A stretch of 64,000 nt of DNA from a virus: the IMG/VR virus record IMGVR_UViG_3300023110_001943, positions 1 through 64,000 of that record. One strand, written 5' to 3'. The notes beneath the pieces were generated by a model, which searched no databases, had not been told where the DNA came from, and saw only the letters and a list, made by a program, of their open reading frames with translations. How positions within the stretch are numbered: position 1 is the first letter of the stretch; every line of letters starts with the position of its first letter. The translations under genes and the position numbers were made by a program. Shown piece after piece: positions 9,894-19,817 of the stretch.

Positions 9894-10165
9894 GTATAGT
9901 AGATTCGATTTGGAACTGTAATGTATGTGGTGCATCTAATGCAGGATATCGAAAAACTTGTGGTAGATGTGAAGAACTTGAGGAAAGAAAAAAGAATCAT
10001 CCTAAAGTTCAACTTTTAAATATTTTAAAAGTATTAAAAGAAGATTTTGAGATGTTACAAGATGGTTCTTGGGATTTGAATTATTCAGATGGGTCAGAGA
10101 TACAAGCATCTTTGGATAATATTAACAAAGCAATTGATATTGTAGATAATAATTTATATGAGTAA
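9890..10165 (+). CDS. Hypothetical protein with RanBP2-like zinc ribbon
   Basis: WNCNVCGASN...CGRC. Confidence 0.55.
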   Translation: MSIVDSIWNCNVCGASNAGYRKTCGRCEELEERKKNHPKVQLLNILKVLKEDFEMLQDGSWDLNYSDGSEIQASLDNINKAIDIVDNNLYE

Positions 10166-10272
10166 AAAAGAAGATTGGTTAGAAACTTTGGTAAAAAAAT
10201 ATTCCATACCAAAGGAAGATAAAACAGAAAAAAGAGGAATATTGACAGAAACACAATTAAAGAATTTAAAAA

Positions 10273-10569
10273 ATGGGAAAAGTTAAAGAACAATTGATTA
10301 ACGAAATGGAAATGGCTCATCTTACTAATCAAATGGCAGATTCTGATTATGGATACCAAGAATGGTTGGAATCGGATGAGTTTGTGGAATATGTAAATCG
10401 AGAACTCGATACAACTAAACCACAATATTCTGAATCTGATATCATGGGAGCAACTCGATATGCATCTAAATCTATTATTTTAGACCCAAGTGAAGTAGGT
10501 AAAGAAGTTTATGATATGTTGTTTTCAGAAAAGATAGAAGAATATTTAAGTTTGCATACACATAGATAA
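10273..10569 (+). CDS. Hypothetical protein
   Basis: ORF coupled to apt by stop/start overlap. Confidence 0.6.
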   Translation: MGKVKEQLINEMEMAHLTNQMADSDYGYQEWLESDEFVEYVNRELDTTKPQYSESDIMGATRYASKSIILDPSEVGKEVYDMLFSEKIEEYLSLHTHR

Positions 10570-11069
10570 TGAACTACAAAGATTACATTGAAAACATACC
10601 TAATTTTCCAATAGACGGTATTATTTACAGAGATATACAACCATTACTTGCAGATGGATTTGTTTTAGATTTAGCCATCAAAGAAATGGGAGAACTTATT
10701 GGTGAGGATAATTTACCACAATATTGGGTAGGAATTGAATCAAGAGGTTTCTTATTTGCTTCAGCACTCGCAGTTGAATTTGGTGGTGGAGTAAGAATGA
10801 TTCGTAAAAAAGGAAAACTTCCAAACAACAGAAAGTTTTCGGTATCTTATGGATTAGAGTATGGTAAGGATGAATTAGAAATAGCATACATTCCTCAACA
10901 TGATTTAGGAACTTGTGTTATTGTGGATGATGTATATGCAACAGGTGGTACAATGGAAGCTGGTGTGAACTTATCTCAGATGGTTGGTTTGAAAGTTGTA
11001 GATAAACTTGCTCTTGTTGATATTGGAATCAAAAAAGACCACGATGTAAAATGTTTAATAACGTATTAA
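10569..11069 (+). CDS. apt: Adenine phosphoribosyltransferase
   Basis: PNFP...RDI, GIESRGF, IRKKGKLP, LEYG, VDDVYATGGT PRPP-binding motif. Confidence 0.92.
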   Translation: MNYKDYIENIPNFPIDGIIYRDIQPLLADGFVLDLAIKEMGELIGEDNLPQYWVGIESRGFLFASALAVEFGGGVRMIRKKGKLPNNRKFSVSYGLEYGKDELEIAYIPQHDLGTCVIVDDVYATGGTMEAGVNLSQMVGLKVVDKLALVDIGIKKDHDVKCLITY

Positions 11070-11641
11070 TGAGTAAGATAATATTAGTATCAGCCACACC
11101 TTTAGAACATGGTGGGTTGAAAGATATTAATGGTGTACCAATTTTCCAAGTGGGAATTGGTAAAACTAATGCTGCGATGAACATGACCGAAATCATTCTC
11201 AAAGAGAAACCTGATTTGGTTGTAAACTTTGGTTCTTGTGGTAATCTCCAAAATTACAAAGTTGGTGAAGTTATTGAAGTTGGTGAAACTTACAACAACA
11301 TTGATGTAAGACCATTTGCAGAATATGGATGTACACCAGAAAATAATATATGTGAAATTAAACTTTCAGATAGTGGAATCAAATGTTTCTCAACAGACCA
11401 GATTTATGATAATACACGAACCGATTATGCTCACAAGTATTTACAGATGATTGCTAATTGTGATATCGTAGATATGGAATGCTATCCACTTGCATATGTT
11501 TGTAAAAAATATGGAGTAGAGTTTAAATCTTACAAATGGGTGAGTGATGATGGTGATATTGATAAGTGGGAAGAAAATGCATCAATTGGTTTCCAAAATT
11601 TTAGAGAACAATTTTTACAATTTCATTTTAGTGAATATTAG
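11051..11641 (+). CDS. MTA/SAH nucleosidase-like protein (PNP_UDP_1 family)
   Basis: GIGKTNA, NFGSCG, VDME, KWVSD; likely start ATG 11069. Confidence 0.8.
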   Translation: MFNNVLMSKIILVSATPLEHGGLKDINGVPIFQVGIGKTNAAMNMTEIILKEKPDLVVNFGSCGNLQNYKVGEVIEVGETYNNIDVRPFAEYGCTPENNICEIKLSDSGIKCFSTDQIYDNTRTDYAHKYLQMIANCDIVDMECYPLAYVCKKYGVEFKSYKWVSDDGDIDKWEENASIGFQNFREQFLQFHFSEY

Positions 11642-11675
11642 GATAATTCAAAATAATTTCGTATATTTGTAAATA
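11638..11675 (+). promoter_or_regulatory. Early promoter
   Basis: TTAGG...TTTCGTATATTTGTAAAT. Confidence 0.7.
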
Positions 11676-11693
11676 ATACTAAAATATAAAACT

Positions 11694-12182
11694 ATGGGAT
11701 ATAATCCATTTCGATATTATACAGAAGGAAAGTATAGAAAAAAGCCTTTAAAATCTAAATCACCACTACTATTAAAAATAAGAAATGGTGATTTCGAATA
11801 CTCACCTTATTTCTTAGAAGCAAAAGATAACGAAAAGTTATATGATAAGATGTATAATGAATACATTGATAATTCACACTCAAATGATATTAATTCTATA
11901 AAACATGAAGCTCACCAACATGCTAAGATGAAAAGAATCAAGGCACAAAAGTTGATGGAAGTTGGTATAGTTGAAGAACAAACAAGATTACATCAATTAA
12001 GAAAAGAATTAGAATTGGAATTTGGAAAAGATTTGTGGGAAAAGGCAAATGAAAGACAAAGAGGAAAGGGTACAACTGAAGATTTATATTGGTGGTATAA
12101 GAAACAAGTAGGTATGGGAACAACACCATCGGAGATGGCAATTCAGTTAGGTAGAAAAACAACAAATGGCTTAAGACCATGA
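11694..12182 (+). CDS. Hypothetical protein
   Basis: 162-aa ORF downstream of promoter. Confidence 0.65.
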   Translation: MGYNPFRYYTEGKYRKKPLKSKSPLLLKIRNGDFEYSPYFLEAKDNEKLYDKMYNEYIDNSHSNDINSIKHEAHQHAKMKRIKAQKLMEVGIVEEQTRLHQLRKELELEFGKDLWEKANERQRGKGTTEDLYWWYKKQVGMGTTPSEMAIQLGRKTTNGLRP

Positions 12183-13036
12183 TTAAAAAGATTTATTGTT
12201 TCGGTACTTCTCATACTAAAGGGGCAGGATTTCATCTACCTCAGGCTAAATCTATATATAAAAATGTAGTAAAATATCCATCTATGGAAACTTGTTCATG
12301 GCCTGGTATACTAAAAACATATGTGGATGATATTGAAGTAATAAATTTATCAGAAGCTGGTGCTGGTAATGAGAGAATGTATCGATTGGTTTTTGATTTA
12401 TTATCAGACCCAAACTTTAAAAAAGAAGAAACTTTACTTTTATTAGAGATGAGCTCTCTTGGTAGAAAAGAATATTATTCCAATACTATAAATGATTATG
12501 TAATTTGTAATTATGTTTCAACTCATCCACCAGGTAATAACTTTGATGTTGTGTGGAAATACTATGAAAATGAAAAGCTTTTACCAAAACATATAAAAAA
12601 AATATATGCAGATTTTTTGGTAGAAACTGTAAATTTTGATGATTTATTACAAAAATTACAAATGAATTTATTATTTTTCATAAATTTTTTAGATTCACAC
12701 AATATAAAATATGAATTCATCAACTTTGATGATATATTTTCACCAAATCAAAGAAATTCTTTTGATATAAAACTAAAAACAGTAAAATATAACATAGAAG
12801 GAGAAGAAACTTTGTGTTTTTATAATAATAGTAAATTTTTATTTGAACATGAAACTAATGGGATGATTAATGACCTACATCAAGGATATTGGATAACAGA
12901 AATAACTGCAAAAACTATTTTTAACCATTTGGTAAGAAAAAAATATATTGAAAAAGATATAAAAGAAATAAAATCAACACATTCTGATTTTTTACAATTT
13001 AAGAAGAACTTAAATTTTGATAAAAATCTAATATAA
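12179..13036 (+). CDS. SGNH/GDSL-like protein
   Basis: FGTSHTKG, SWPG, GAGNE, DLHQG. Confidence 0.7.
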   Translation: MIKKIYCFGTSHTKGAGFHLPQAKSIYKNVVKYPSMETCSWPGILKTYVDDIEVINLSEAGAGNERMYRLVFDLLSDPNFKKEETLLLLEMSSLGRKEYYSNTINDYVICNYVSTHPPGNNFDVVWKYYENEKLLPKHIKKIYADFLVETVNFDDLLQKLQMNLLFFINFLDSHNIKYEFINFDDIFSPNQRNSFDIKLKTVKYNIEGEETLCFYNNSKFLFEHETNGMINDLHQGYWITEITAKTIFNHLVRKKYIEKDIKEIKSTHSDFLQFKKNLNFDKNLI

Positions 13037-13055
13037 CTGATATATATATAATAGT

Positions 13056-13277
13056 ATGGAAACATTTAGGTTTGACCTTACAGTCAACGATATAGAAACA
13101 AATAAACACTTCAGAGAAGAAATGAAAAAAGTTCTCCGAGTTATCAAATCAATGAGTAATCGAGAGCATATTCCTGCTACTCGAAAATATATTGATTTAT
13201 GGTATAAATCTAAAGGAGAAAATCACAAAAATTTAATTGAAATATATTTTAAATCAAAGTCAAACGAGGTAAAATAA
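13056..13277 (+). CDS. Hypothetical protein
   Basis: ORF within a packed operon. Confidence 0.55.
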   Translation: METFRFDLTVNDIETNKHFREEMKKVLRVIKSMSNREHIPATRKYIDLWYKSKGENHKNLIEIYFKSKSNEVK

Positions 13278-13278
13278 T

Positions 13279-13554
13279 ATGCGTATGGAAATCGTTCAAA
13301 ATAGATATGGAAACGATAGGGTTATTGAAAAAATTTCACCAACAAAACTTAGAATAATGGGTGAATCTATAATTTCAAGAGGTTCACAAGATGAAAATGG
13401 AAACCAAACAATGTTTGATTTCGAAGGTGGCCCTTGTTTAAATTTGGGAGGTAAAATTCAATTTGGAAAGACAGATTGGATAATTACAAAAATTACACCA
13501 GAAGAATCTAAAATGGAAAATTTCGCTTCTGTAATAGTTGAAGTAAAACTATGA
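13279..13554 (+). CDS. Hypothetical phage protein
   Basis: NRYG...FDFEGGP motif, packed operon. Confidence 0.6.
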   Translation: MRMEIVQNRYGNDRVIEKISPTKLRIMGESIISRGSQDENGNQTMFDFEGGPCLNLGGKIQFGKTDWIITKITPEESKMENFASVIVEVKL

Positions 13555-13877
13555 CAGAAGAAAAAAGAATATTAACTATACACATCGGAGATACTGATAT
13601 CTATGAGTGGACAATGGGTAAAGGTAAAAGAACTTTAATGCCTGAACTACTTGTTGGATGTGAAGAACTTTTGTACAATGATTTAGATGAGGTTAAATGT
13701 GTTAGAGTAGAAGCTCAAATCAGAAAACAGAAAAAGGCTTTTGATTTTAGTGTTCAAAGAAAAAGTGTAGAAGATACTTTAGATAAAATTCTTCAATGGG
13801 CTCTTTATGAAGAAGAATATGAAATTTGCGAAAGAGTAAAAAAATTAAATGAATATTTAGAAAATAATCAGTTTTGA
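13551..13877 (+). CDS. Protein with C-terminal UVR-like motif
   Basis: ALYEEEYEICERVKKL. Confidence 0.55.
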   Translation: MTEEKRILTIHIGDTDIYEWTMGKGKRTLMPELLVGCEELLYNDLDEVKCVRVEAQIRKQKKAFDFSVQRKSVEDTLDKILQWALYEEEYEICERVKKLNEYLENNQF

Positions 13878-14614
13878 GAATATTAGTTATAGGAGATAGT
13901 TGTACCGATGTATTCATATATGGGATGTGCTCGAGGTTAAGTCCTGAGGCACCTATCCCTGTTTTTGAACCCACAAAAACAATTACCAATCAAGGTATGG
14001 CTGGTAATGTTGTTGCTAATCTAAATAAACTTGGTGTTCAAAAAGTTGAACTTATAACTAATTACGAACAAATTACCAAAACTCGATATGTTGAGTACAA
14101 ATCGAACCAGATGTTACTCAGAGTTGATTCTAATGATTCAGTCCAAAATTCATTTGATGTTAAAAAAGTAGATTTTGAATCATATGATGCCATTGTAGTT
14201 GCAGATTATGATAAAGGATTTCTTACAAATGAAGATATTAAGAAGATTGGTAAGAAAGCAAAATTATCTTTTATTGATACTAAGAAAACTATTGATTTAG
14301 AAAACTTCAAAGGATACACTTTCGTAAAGATGAACGAAGTTGAATGGGAAAGATGTGAAAGATACGGAGCAAAATACGAAGAGTGGAAAGATAATCTTAT
14401 CGTTACTATGTCCGAAAGAGGATGTATGTATAAAGAAAAAAGATATTCAGTTGATACTTCTATTGAGGTTAGGGATTTGAGTGGTGCAGGTGATACTTGG
14501 ATGGCATCATTTGCTTACAAATACACAGAAAATTCAGATGTAGATGAATCAATAAAATTTGCCAATGATAATGCAACCTTAGTTGTTCAAAAAAGAGGTG
14601 TATCAACAATATAG
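13874..14614 (+). CDS. HldE/RfaE-type sugar-phosphate kinase domain (PfkB family)
   Basis: RLSPEAPIPV, GMAGNV, TKTR, DYDKG, GAGD. Confidence 0.85.
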   Translation: MRILVIGDSCTDVFIYGMCSRLSPEAPIPVFEPTKTITNQGMAGNVVANLNKLGVQKVELITNYEQITKTRYVEYKSNQMLLRVDSNDSVQNSFDVKKVDFESYDAIVVADYDKGFLTNEDIKKIGKKAKLSFIDTKKTIDLENFKGYTFVKMNEVEWERCERYGAKYEEWKDNLIVTMSERGCMYKEKRYSVDTSIEVRDLSGAGDTWMASFAYKYTENSDVDESIKFANDNATLVVQKRGVSTI

Positions 14615-15275
14615 TAAAATGGGAACAAGGGTAAATTATAAAATAAATAAAATTCCTGAATTAAAGTTATATAAAAATAAAATTATAACAAATCCAACAG
14701 GTGAAAAAGAATCTGGTGTTCCTTATCAGTATAATGATTTTGGTTATCGTTCTACTAACAGCTATTCAGAATTACTCAATCGAGGATATAATATCGTTTG
14801 TATAGGTAGTTCCTTTACATTTGGATTGGGAGTAGAATATGAAGATATCTGGCCTAATAAATTATCAAATCTAATGAAAAAAGAAGTTATTAATTTAGGC
14901 TGGCCTGGTGGTTCACATAAATATATTATATGGCAACTACTAAATGTTTTAAACAATGTCCAAACAGAAAATATATTTGTTGAGATTCCACCAAAAGGTA
15001 GAACTTTAGACCTTACAGAAAAGTACTTTGAAAATGATAATAACTTAGAAGGATATAATCAAAATAGAACAGAGTTTATATTAAATGAGGCGGATAATGA
15101 TGATTTATTGTTAAAAAGCCTATGTAAAGCAAATAATGTTAATTATATAGAATGTTATGAATTTGGAGAGCCATGGGAAACAAAGTGGTTACCTCTTGCA
15201 AAAGATGGTGGACATTTCGGACCAAAGTGGCATGAATTCATAGCAAATCACTTTTATAAAAAAATACAAAAATGA
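14583..15275 (+). CDS. SGNH/GDSL-like protein
   Basis: YNDFGYRS, GSSFTFG, NLGWPGGS, DGGHFG; likely start 14619. Confidence 0.7.
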   Translation: MFKKEVYQQYSKMGTRVNYKINKIPELKLYKNKIITNPTGEKESGVPYQYNDFGYRSTNSYSELLNRGYNIVCIGSSFTFGLGVEYEDIWPNKLSNLMKKEVINLGWPGGSHKYIIWQLLNVLNNVQTENIFVEIPPKGRTLDLTEKYFENDNNLEGYNQNRTEFILNEADNDDLLLKSLCKANNVNYIECYEFGEPWETKWLPLAKDGGHFGPKWHEFIANHFYKKIQK

Positions 15276-15670
15276 GAAAGTTTTTACCAACATTAGGAGA
15301 ATTAATTGATAGGTTATCAATTGTTCAGTTGAAAGAAGTTAAGATTCCTCAACACAAAGAGGAGTATGCAAAAGAAATATCAGACATTGTACATGATATT
15401 AATGAAATTCTCAAAGAGAAAGATAGAGTTGATGGAGAATTTATTAGAGCGGTTGTAGTTGTATCACAAATGAATGCTCATATTTGGTACAATGAAGATA
15501 ATGCAAGAAATGGTGTAGATGTTGGTAACAAGTTATTACTTACTCATGGATTAAATGGAATCAGAAACACTGCAAAAAATAAAATCCAAGAATTGGATGG
15601 TGGTAGGAAAGATTACAAAATCGATTGTATTGCAGCAGAATTTAAAGATTGGGAAGTATCGTGGGAGTAG
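15272..15670 (+). CDS. Helical hypothetical protein of the kind found in sugar-biosynthesis clusters
   Basis: GELIDRLSI...IWYNED...NGIRN pattern. Confidence 0.6.
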   Translation: MRKFLPTLGELIDRLSIVQLKEVKIPQHKEEYAKEISDIVHDINEILKEKDRVDGEFIRAVVVVSQMNAHIWYNEDNARNGVDVGNKLLLTHGLNGIRNTAKNKIQELDGGRKDYKIDCIAAEFKDWEVSWE

Positions 15671-15873
15671 TAGAAACTAAAAAAAGAACTTTGTTTAAAA
15701 CCATAAGTTGGAGAGTAGTAGCAATACTAAACTCTTTTTTGGTTTTAACTGTAAATGTAACAGATTCTAATTTTTGGAATGCTATTTACATGAATATTAC
15801 AGGATTTATTATATACTATGTATTTGATAGAATATGGTCAAAAATTAATTATGGAAGATATACTGAAAAATAG
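15649..15873 (+). CDS. DUF2061-like small membrane protein
   Basis: ETKKRTLFKTISWR...YYVFDRIW. Confidence 0.7.
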   Translation: MGSIVGVVETKKRTLFKTISWRVVAILNSFLVLTVNVTDSNFWNAIYMNITGFIIYYVFDRIWSKINYGRYTEK

Positions 15874-16654
15874 TACTTTTTTAACAAGTGGTTGTAGTTT
15901 CTCGGCAGAACCATTTTCTTGGCCAAATCTAATTGGTGATAATGTTCGTAATTTAGCCGAACATGGTGCTGGAAATACCTATATTCGTAGACAAATCCAA
16001 AAAGAAGTTTTACAAAATCCTAACAAATACAATTTTGCAATAGTGCAATGGTCTACAATTGATAGATGGGATTATCCATTTCTAATTAAATCAAAAGATG
16101 ATACAGATGTAATTAGAATGCAAGATGAAGATGTTGTTGGAAAAATTGGATATGTGAGAATGGGTACGAATTATAATGATAAATCTAAATATTTTTACGA
16201 TAACTATTATTCAATTTATGGACAACTCTTAGAAACATTAGAAAATATTTACTTTACTCAGTTATTTTTTGAGAATAATAAAATTCCCTATTTAATGTTT
16301 ACCATAGCAAATCTAATGACAACCGATGTATCATTTGATATGATACGAAACATAGATAAAATAAATGGTGATTTGATGAAACAACGAGTATCAACAATAC
16401 AACCAGAAAATGTAATAGAAACATTCATATCAACAGATACATTGAATTTGTTAATTAAAAAAATAAATTGGAAGAGATTCATTTGGACAACTAATTATAA
16501 GGTAGATGGGATTGGTGACGGGTTTACTGAATATTTAATATCAAAAGGACAACAATTTGGATATGCAGAAAACACACATCCTGATGAAGAACAAAATAAA
16601 ATGATTTTTGATGAATTAATAAAACCAAGAATTGTAAAGGAGTTATTGATATGA
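15818..16654 (+). CDS. SGNH/GDSL-like protein
   Basis: SGCSFS, SWP, GAGN, QWS, THPD; likely start 15851. Confidence 0.7.
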   Translation: MYLIEYGQKLIMEDILKNSTFLTSGCSFSAEPFSWPNLIGDNVRNLAEHGAGNTYIRRQIQKEVLQNPNKYNFAIVQWSTIDRWDYPFLIKSKDDTDVIRMQDEDVVGKIGYVRMGTNYNDKSKYFYDNYYSIYGQLLETLENIYFTQLFFENNKIPYLMFTIANLMTTDVSFDMIRNIDKINGDLMKQRVSTIQPENVIETFISTDTLNLLIKKINWKRFIWTTNYKVDGIGDGFTEYLISKGQQFGYAENTHPDEEQNKMIFDELIKPRIVKELLI

Positions 16655-17430
16655 TAGCAAAAAAACAAGAGTGGGAAAGTAATAAAAAAGAATGGGGTTT
16701 TGGTAGAATCAAAATCGATAATTTTTTAGATGAAAAAACAACACATGATTTGTATCATGAATGTATGAATGCACCCAAAGGTGGTTGGACTGTTTTTACT
16801 CGTGCTGGTTCAAGAATGGAAGAGTTTAATGATTTGATTTCACTACCAACTGCACATAGGGTAACTTATGATATTATGCATAGTGGTGAGTTTCTCTATG
16901 AGTTAGAACAAATGACTGGGATTGTTGGATTATTACCAGACCCACACTTGGTTGGTGCAGGATACTCAATCATTAGAAATGGTGAAACACTTGGTTGTCA
17001 TTATGATTTCAATTGGAATGATAGAATAAGATTACACAGAAAACTAACTTCACTATTATATATTACACCAGATTGGAAAGATGAGTGGGGTGGCCATATT
17101 CAATACTACGATGATAATGTGGATATCAATCCAAAATCAAATCTTATAGAATCAATATCACCAAAATTTAATCGATTGGTTATCAATGAAAATATAAAAA
17201 ATGGACCGTATCATAGAGTTAGTGGCGTAGATGCACCAGAAGATAAACCAAGATGTGCTATTAGATTCTTTTATTATATTTCTACATCAGAACCAATGAA
17301 AGATGACCCACCTCATAGAAGTACTTACAAAACAAACGAATATTCACACCATAAATTACACGAAGAGGAAAATTGGGATGGACATTTTGTAGGACAGGGT
17401 GGTGAAGATTATGGATACAAACCAAAATAG
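16651..17430 (+). CDS. 2OG-Fe(II) oxygenase
   Basis: HYD...WGG...PKFNR...YH...R facial triad pattern. Confidence 0.8.
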   Translation: MIAKKQEWESNKKEWGFGRIKIDNFLDEKTTHDLYHECMNAPKGGWTVFTRAGSRMEEFNDLISLPTAHRVTYDIMHSGEFLYELEQMTGIVGLLPDPHLVGAGYSIIRNGETLGCHYDFNWNDRIRLHRKLTSLLYITPDWKDEWGGHIQYYDDNVDINPKSNLIESISPKFNRLVINENIKNGPYHRVSGVDAPEDKPRCAIRFFYYISTSEPMKDDPPHRSTYKTNEYSHHKLHEEENWDGHFVGQGGEDYGYKPK

Positions 17431-18381
17431 ATGAAATACATATTAACATCAGGTTGTTCTTTTACAAAAAATGCAAGGTTTTCGGCCGGTTCTCTTGGTG
17501 ATAATAAACCACCGAGATATAGTTGGCCCGAAGGCCTACAAAAAGAACTTGGTGATTCATATAAAGTTATGAATCTTGGTTCTGCAACCAATGATAATGT
17601 TAGTATCATCAGAATACTTTATTATTGGATAAACAAGTTAAATGATAAGGGGATAAAATATGAGGATATGACAATTGGAATACAATGGTCAGATTTACAC
17701 AGAGAGGCCTTTTATTTTAAAAAAGATATTTCAAGTAAAAAATTATTCGAAACACAACACACCTTATCATATGTTACTGATAATGAGAGAGATGGGTTTT
17801 TCTTTTTAACAGGTGGGTTTGCACCACCAGAGGATGAAAATATTTGGGAGCACTTCGAAGGTACAAAATTCAGAGAATTAATTGGAATGTATTCCTTAGA
17901 AATAACTTCAAATAATTTTATAAATCAAACACTACATTGGTTAGAAGCTTGGTCTCATTTTGAAATGTTTTGTGAAAAGAATAAAATAAAAACATTTTAT
18001 TTATCCATGAGAAATAACTATTCAAAAAATGTATATGAAAGAGGGTTTGAGGTACATGATGGTTCGATAGGTGGACCTGATGGTGCAGATGATATAAATT
18101 GGATGTTAGAAAATCCTATGTTATATCCATATGTAAAAAACTTACCAATTGAAACCAAATCATATTTTCATAAAAACTATTGTGGTTTATATGAATGGAC
18201 ATGGGATGCAATAAAAAGATATCCTGATATAAATCCATATCAGGAACTCGAAAATAGTGATAGTTTTAAAATGGAACTATTTCATAATAAAAATATGTAT
18301 GGTCATCCTTCAGCTGAAATGATGGAGATATTTGCAAAAGAAGAATTAAAACCTTTTTTAGATGAAAGAATATTTGATTAA
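17431..18381 (+). CDS. SGNH/GDSL-like protein
   Basis: SGCSFT, SWP, NLG..TNDN, QWS, GHPS. Confidence 0.7.
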   Translation: MKYILTSGCSFTKNARFSAGSLGDNKPPRYSWPEGLQKELGDSYKVMNLGSATNDNVSIIRILYYWINKLNDKGIKYEDMTIGIQWSDLHREAFYFKKDISSKKLFETQHTLSYVTDNERDGFFFLTGGFAPPEDENIWEHFEGTKFRELIGMYSLEITSNNFINQTLHWLEAWSHFEMFCEKNKIKTFYLSMRNNYSKNVYERGFEVHDGSIGGPDGADDINWMLENPMLYPYVKNLPIETKSYFHKNYCGLYEWTWDAIKRYPDINPYQELENSDSFKMELFHNKNMYGHPSAEMMEIFAKEELKPFLDERIFD

Positions 18382-19000
18382 CGATTCTTGGGATTGGGTA
18401 ACTCATTTTGAGAAAGAAGTTTCAGATTATTGTGGTTATGAGTATGGAATCGCTTGTGATTCCAATTCCAATGCTATTAGATTGGTTCTCCACTATTTAG
18501 GCATAGTTAATACTGATATTACTATCCCTTCTAAAACTTATGTATCAGTTCCCAATCAAATTATCCTAAGCGGTAATACACCAAAGTTTGAGGATATTGA
18601 ATGGGATGGATTGTATCCATTGGGTGATACTAAAATCATAGATGCCGCTACTGCACTATTCAAAGATATGAGTAGAGGATATGAAGATAAGTACATGATA
18701 CTATCCTTCCACTTAAAGAAAATCTTAAACATTGGTCAAGGTGGGATGATACTTACCAACGATGAGAAATTTAATGAGTGGGCAAGACCAATGATTTACG
18801 ATGGTAGACATAAAGATAGGATGTACGATGATGATGAATTCGAATGTGTAGGTTGGCATATGTACATGGCACCAGAAGAAGCAAAAAAAGGATTGGAAAT
18901 TTTCAATTCGGATAGAATTCAAGATTACAACGAATCTGTTGGTGGCAGTTGGAAATATAATGATTTAAGAGGTCAGAAAATATATAGAGATTATGTATGA
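18362..19000 (+). CDS. DegT/DnrJ/EryC1/StrS-like PLP-dependent sugar aminotransferase (compact)
   Basis: FEKEV..YCG, IDAA, SFHLKKILNIGQGGMILT (catalytic Lys motif). Confidence 0.8.
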   Translation: MKEYLINDSWDWVTHFEKEVSDYCGYEYGIACDSNSNAIRLVLHYLGIVNTDITIPSKTYVSVPNQIILSGNTPKFEDIEWDGLYPLGDTKIIDAATALFKDMSRGYEDKYMILSFHLKKILNIGQGGMILTNDEKFNEWARPMIYDGRHKDRMYDDDEFECVGWHMYMAPEEAKKGLEIFNSDRIQDYNESVGGSWKYNDLRGQKIYRDYV

Positions 19001-19817
19001 TTTAATCACCTCAGGATGTTCATTCACTAAACAAAGTTTTTTAAATAAAACTATATCTAAGTACGATTTTAATTCGTACTCATGGCCAGAGTGGATTGAG
19101 CATGATAAAGGATTAACGGTATTGAATTTAGGAAATCAAACAAACGATAACATTTCAATATGTAGAACTATATTACATTATTTAGATGAAATAAATCCAA
19201 AAATGGTTTTCATACAATGGAGTGCTGAAAGTAGATATCCTTTTTTTATTGGTGATTTTGAAGAAAATGAAATGCATACATTAAACTATGTTAAAAAAGA
19301 TGGATATTCATTTGGTTTGACGGGTAGTGGTGTTGGTGATAATTTAAAAGTTGGAAACCACAACAATTTTAGTAGATTAAGTACTGATTTTCTCACACTA
19401 AATGATAGACCAATAAATCAAGTTTTACATTGGTTTGAAATCTGGTCATTTTTAATTAGTGAATTTCACAAGAGAGGAATCAATAGAAAATATTTTTCAA
19501 TGGAAAGAATAGATTATGATTTTTATTTAAGCAATCCTCTATTCAAATCATATAAAAATCAAATACAAAACGAGTTAGAGATATATAATTCAGATATTTT
19601 ATCAGCAATTGATTATTGTAATGAGTTATATAAAAACGAAAATAAATTAAAAGATTATTTATTAGAGGGAATGGAATGTGTAATTTTTACAGAGTTATAC
19701 AAAGAAAATCCATCCAAAGATTTTTTTGAATTAGAATTAAAAAAAGGAAACAGGGTTGGTGGTCATCCATCTTCGGTAATTTATAGAAAGTTTATCAATG
19801 AAGAGTTATTTTTATAA
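18993..19817 (+). CDS. SGNH/GDSL-like protein (close paralog of 17431)
   Basis: SGCSFT, SWP, NLG..TNDN, QWS, HTL.YV, GHPS. Confidence 0.7.
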   Translation: MYDLITSGCSFTKQSFLNKTISKYDFNSYSWPEWIEHDKGLTVLNLGNQTNDNISICRTILHYLDEINPKMVFIQWSAESRYPFFIGDFEENEMHTLNYVKKDGYSFGLTGSGVGDNLKVGNHNNFSRLSTDFLTLNDRPINQVLHWFEIWSFLISEFHKRGINRKYFSMERIDYDFYLSNPLFKSYKNQIQNELEIYNSDILSAIDYCNELYKNENKLKDYLLEGMECVIFTELYKENPSKDFFELELKKGNRVGGHPSSVIYRKFINEELFL

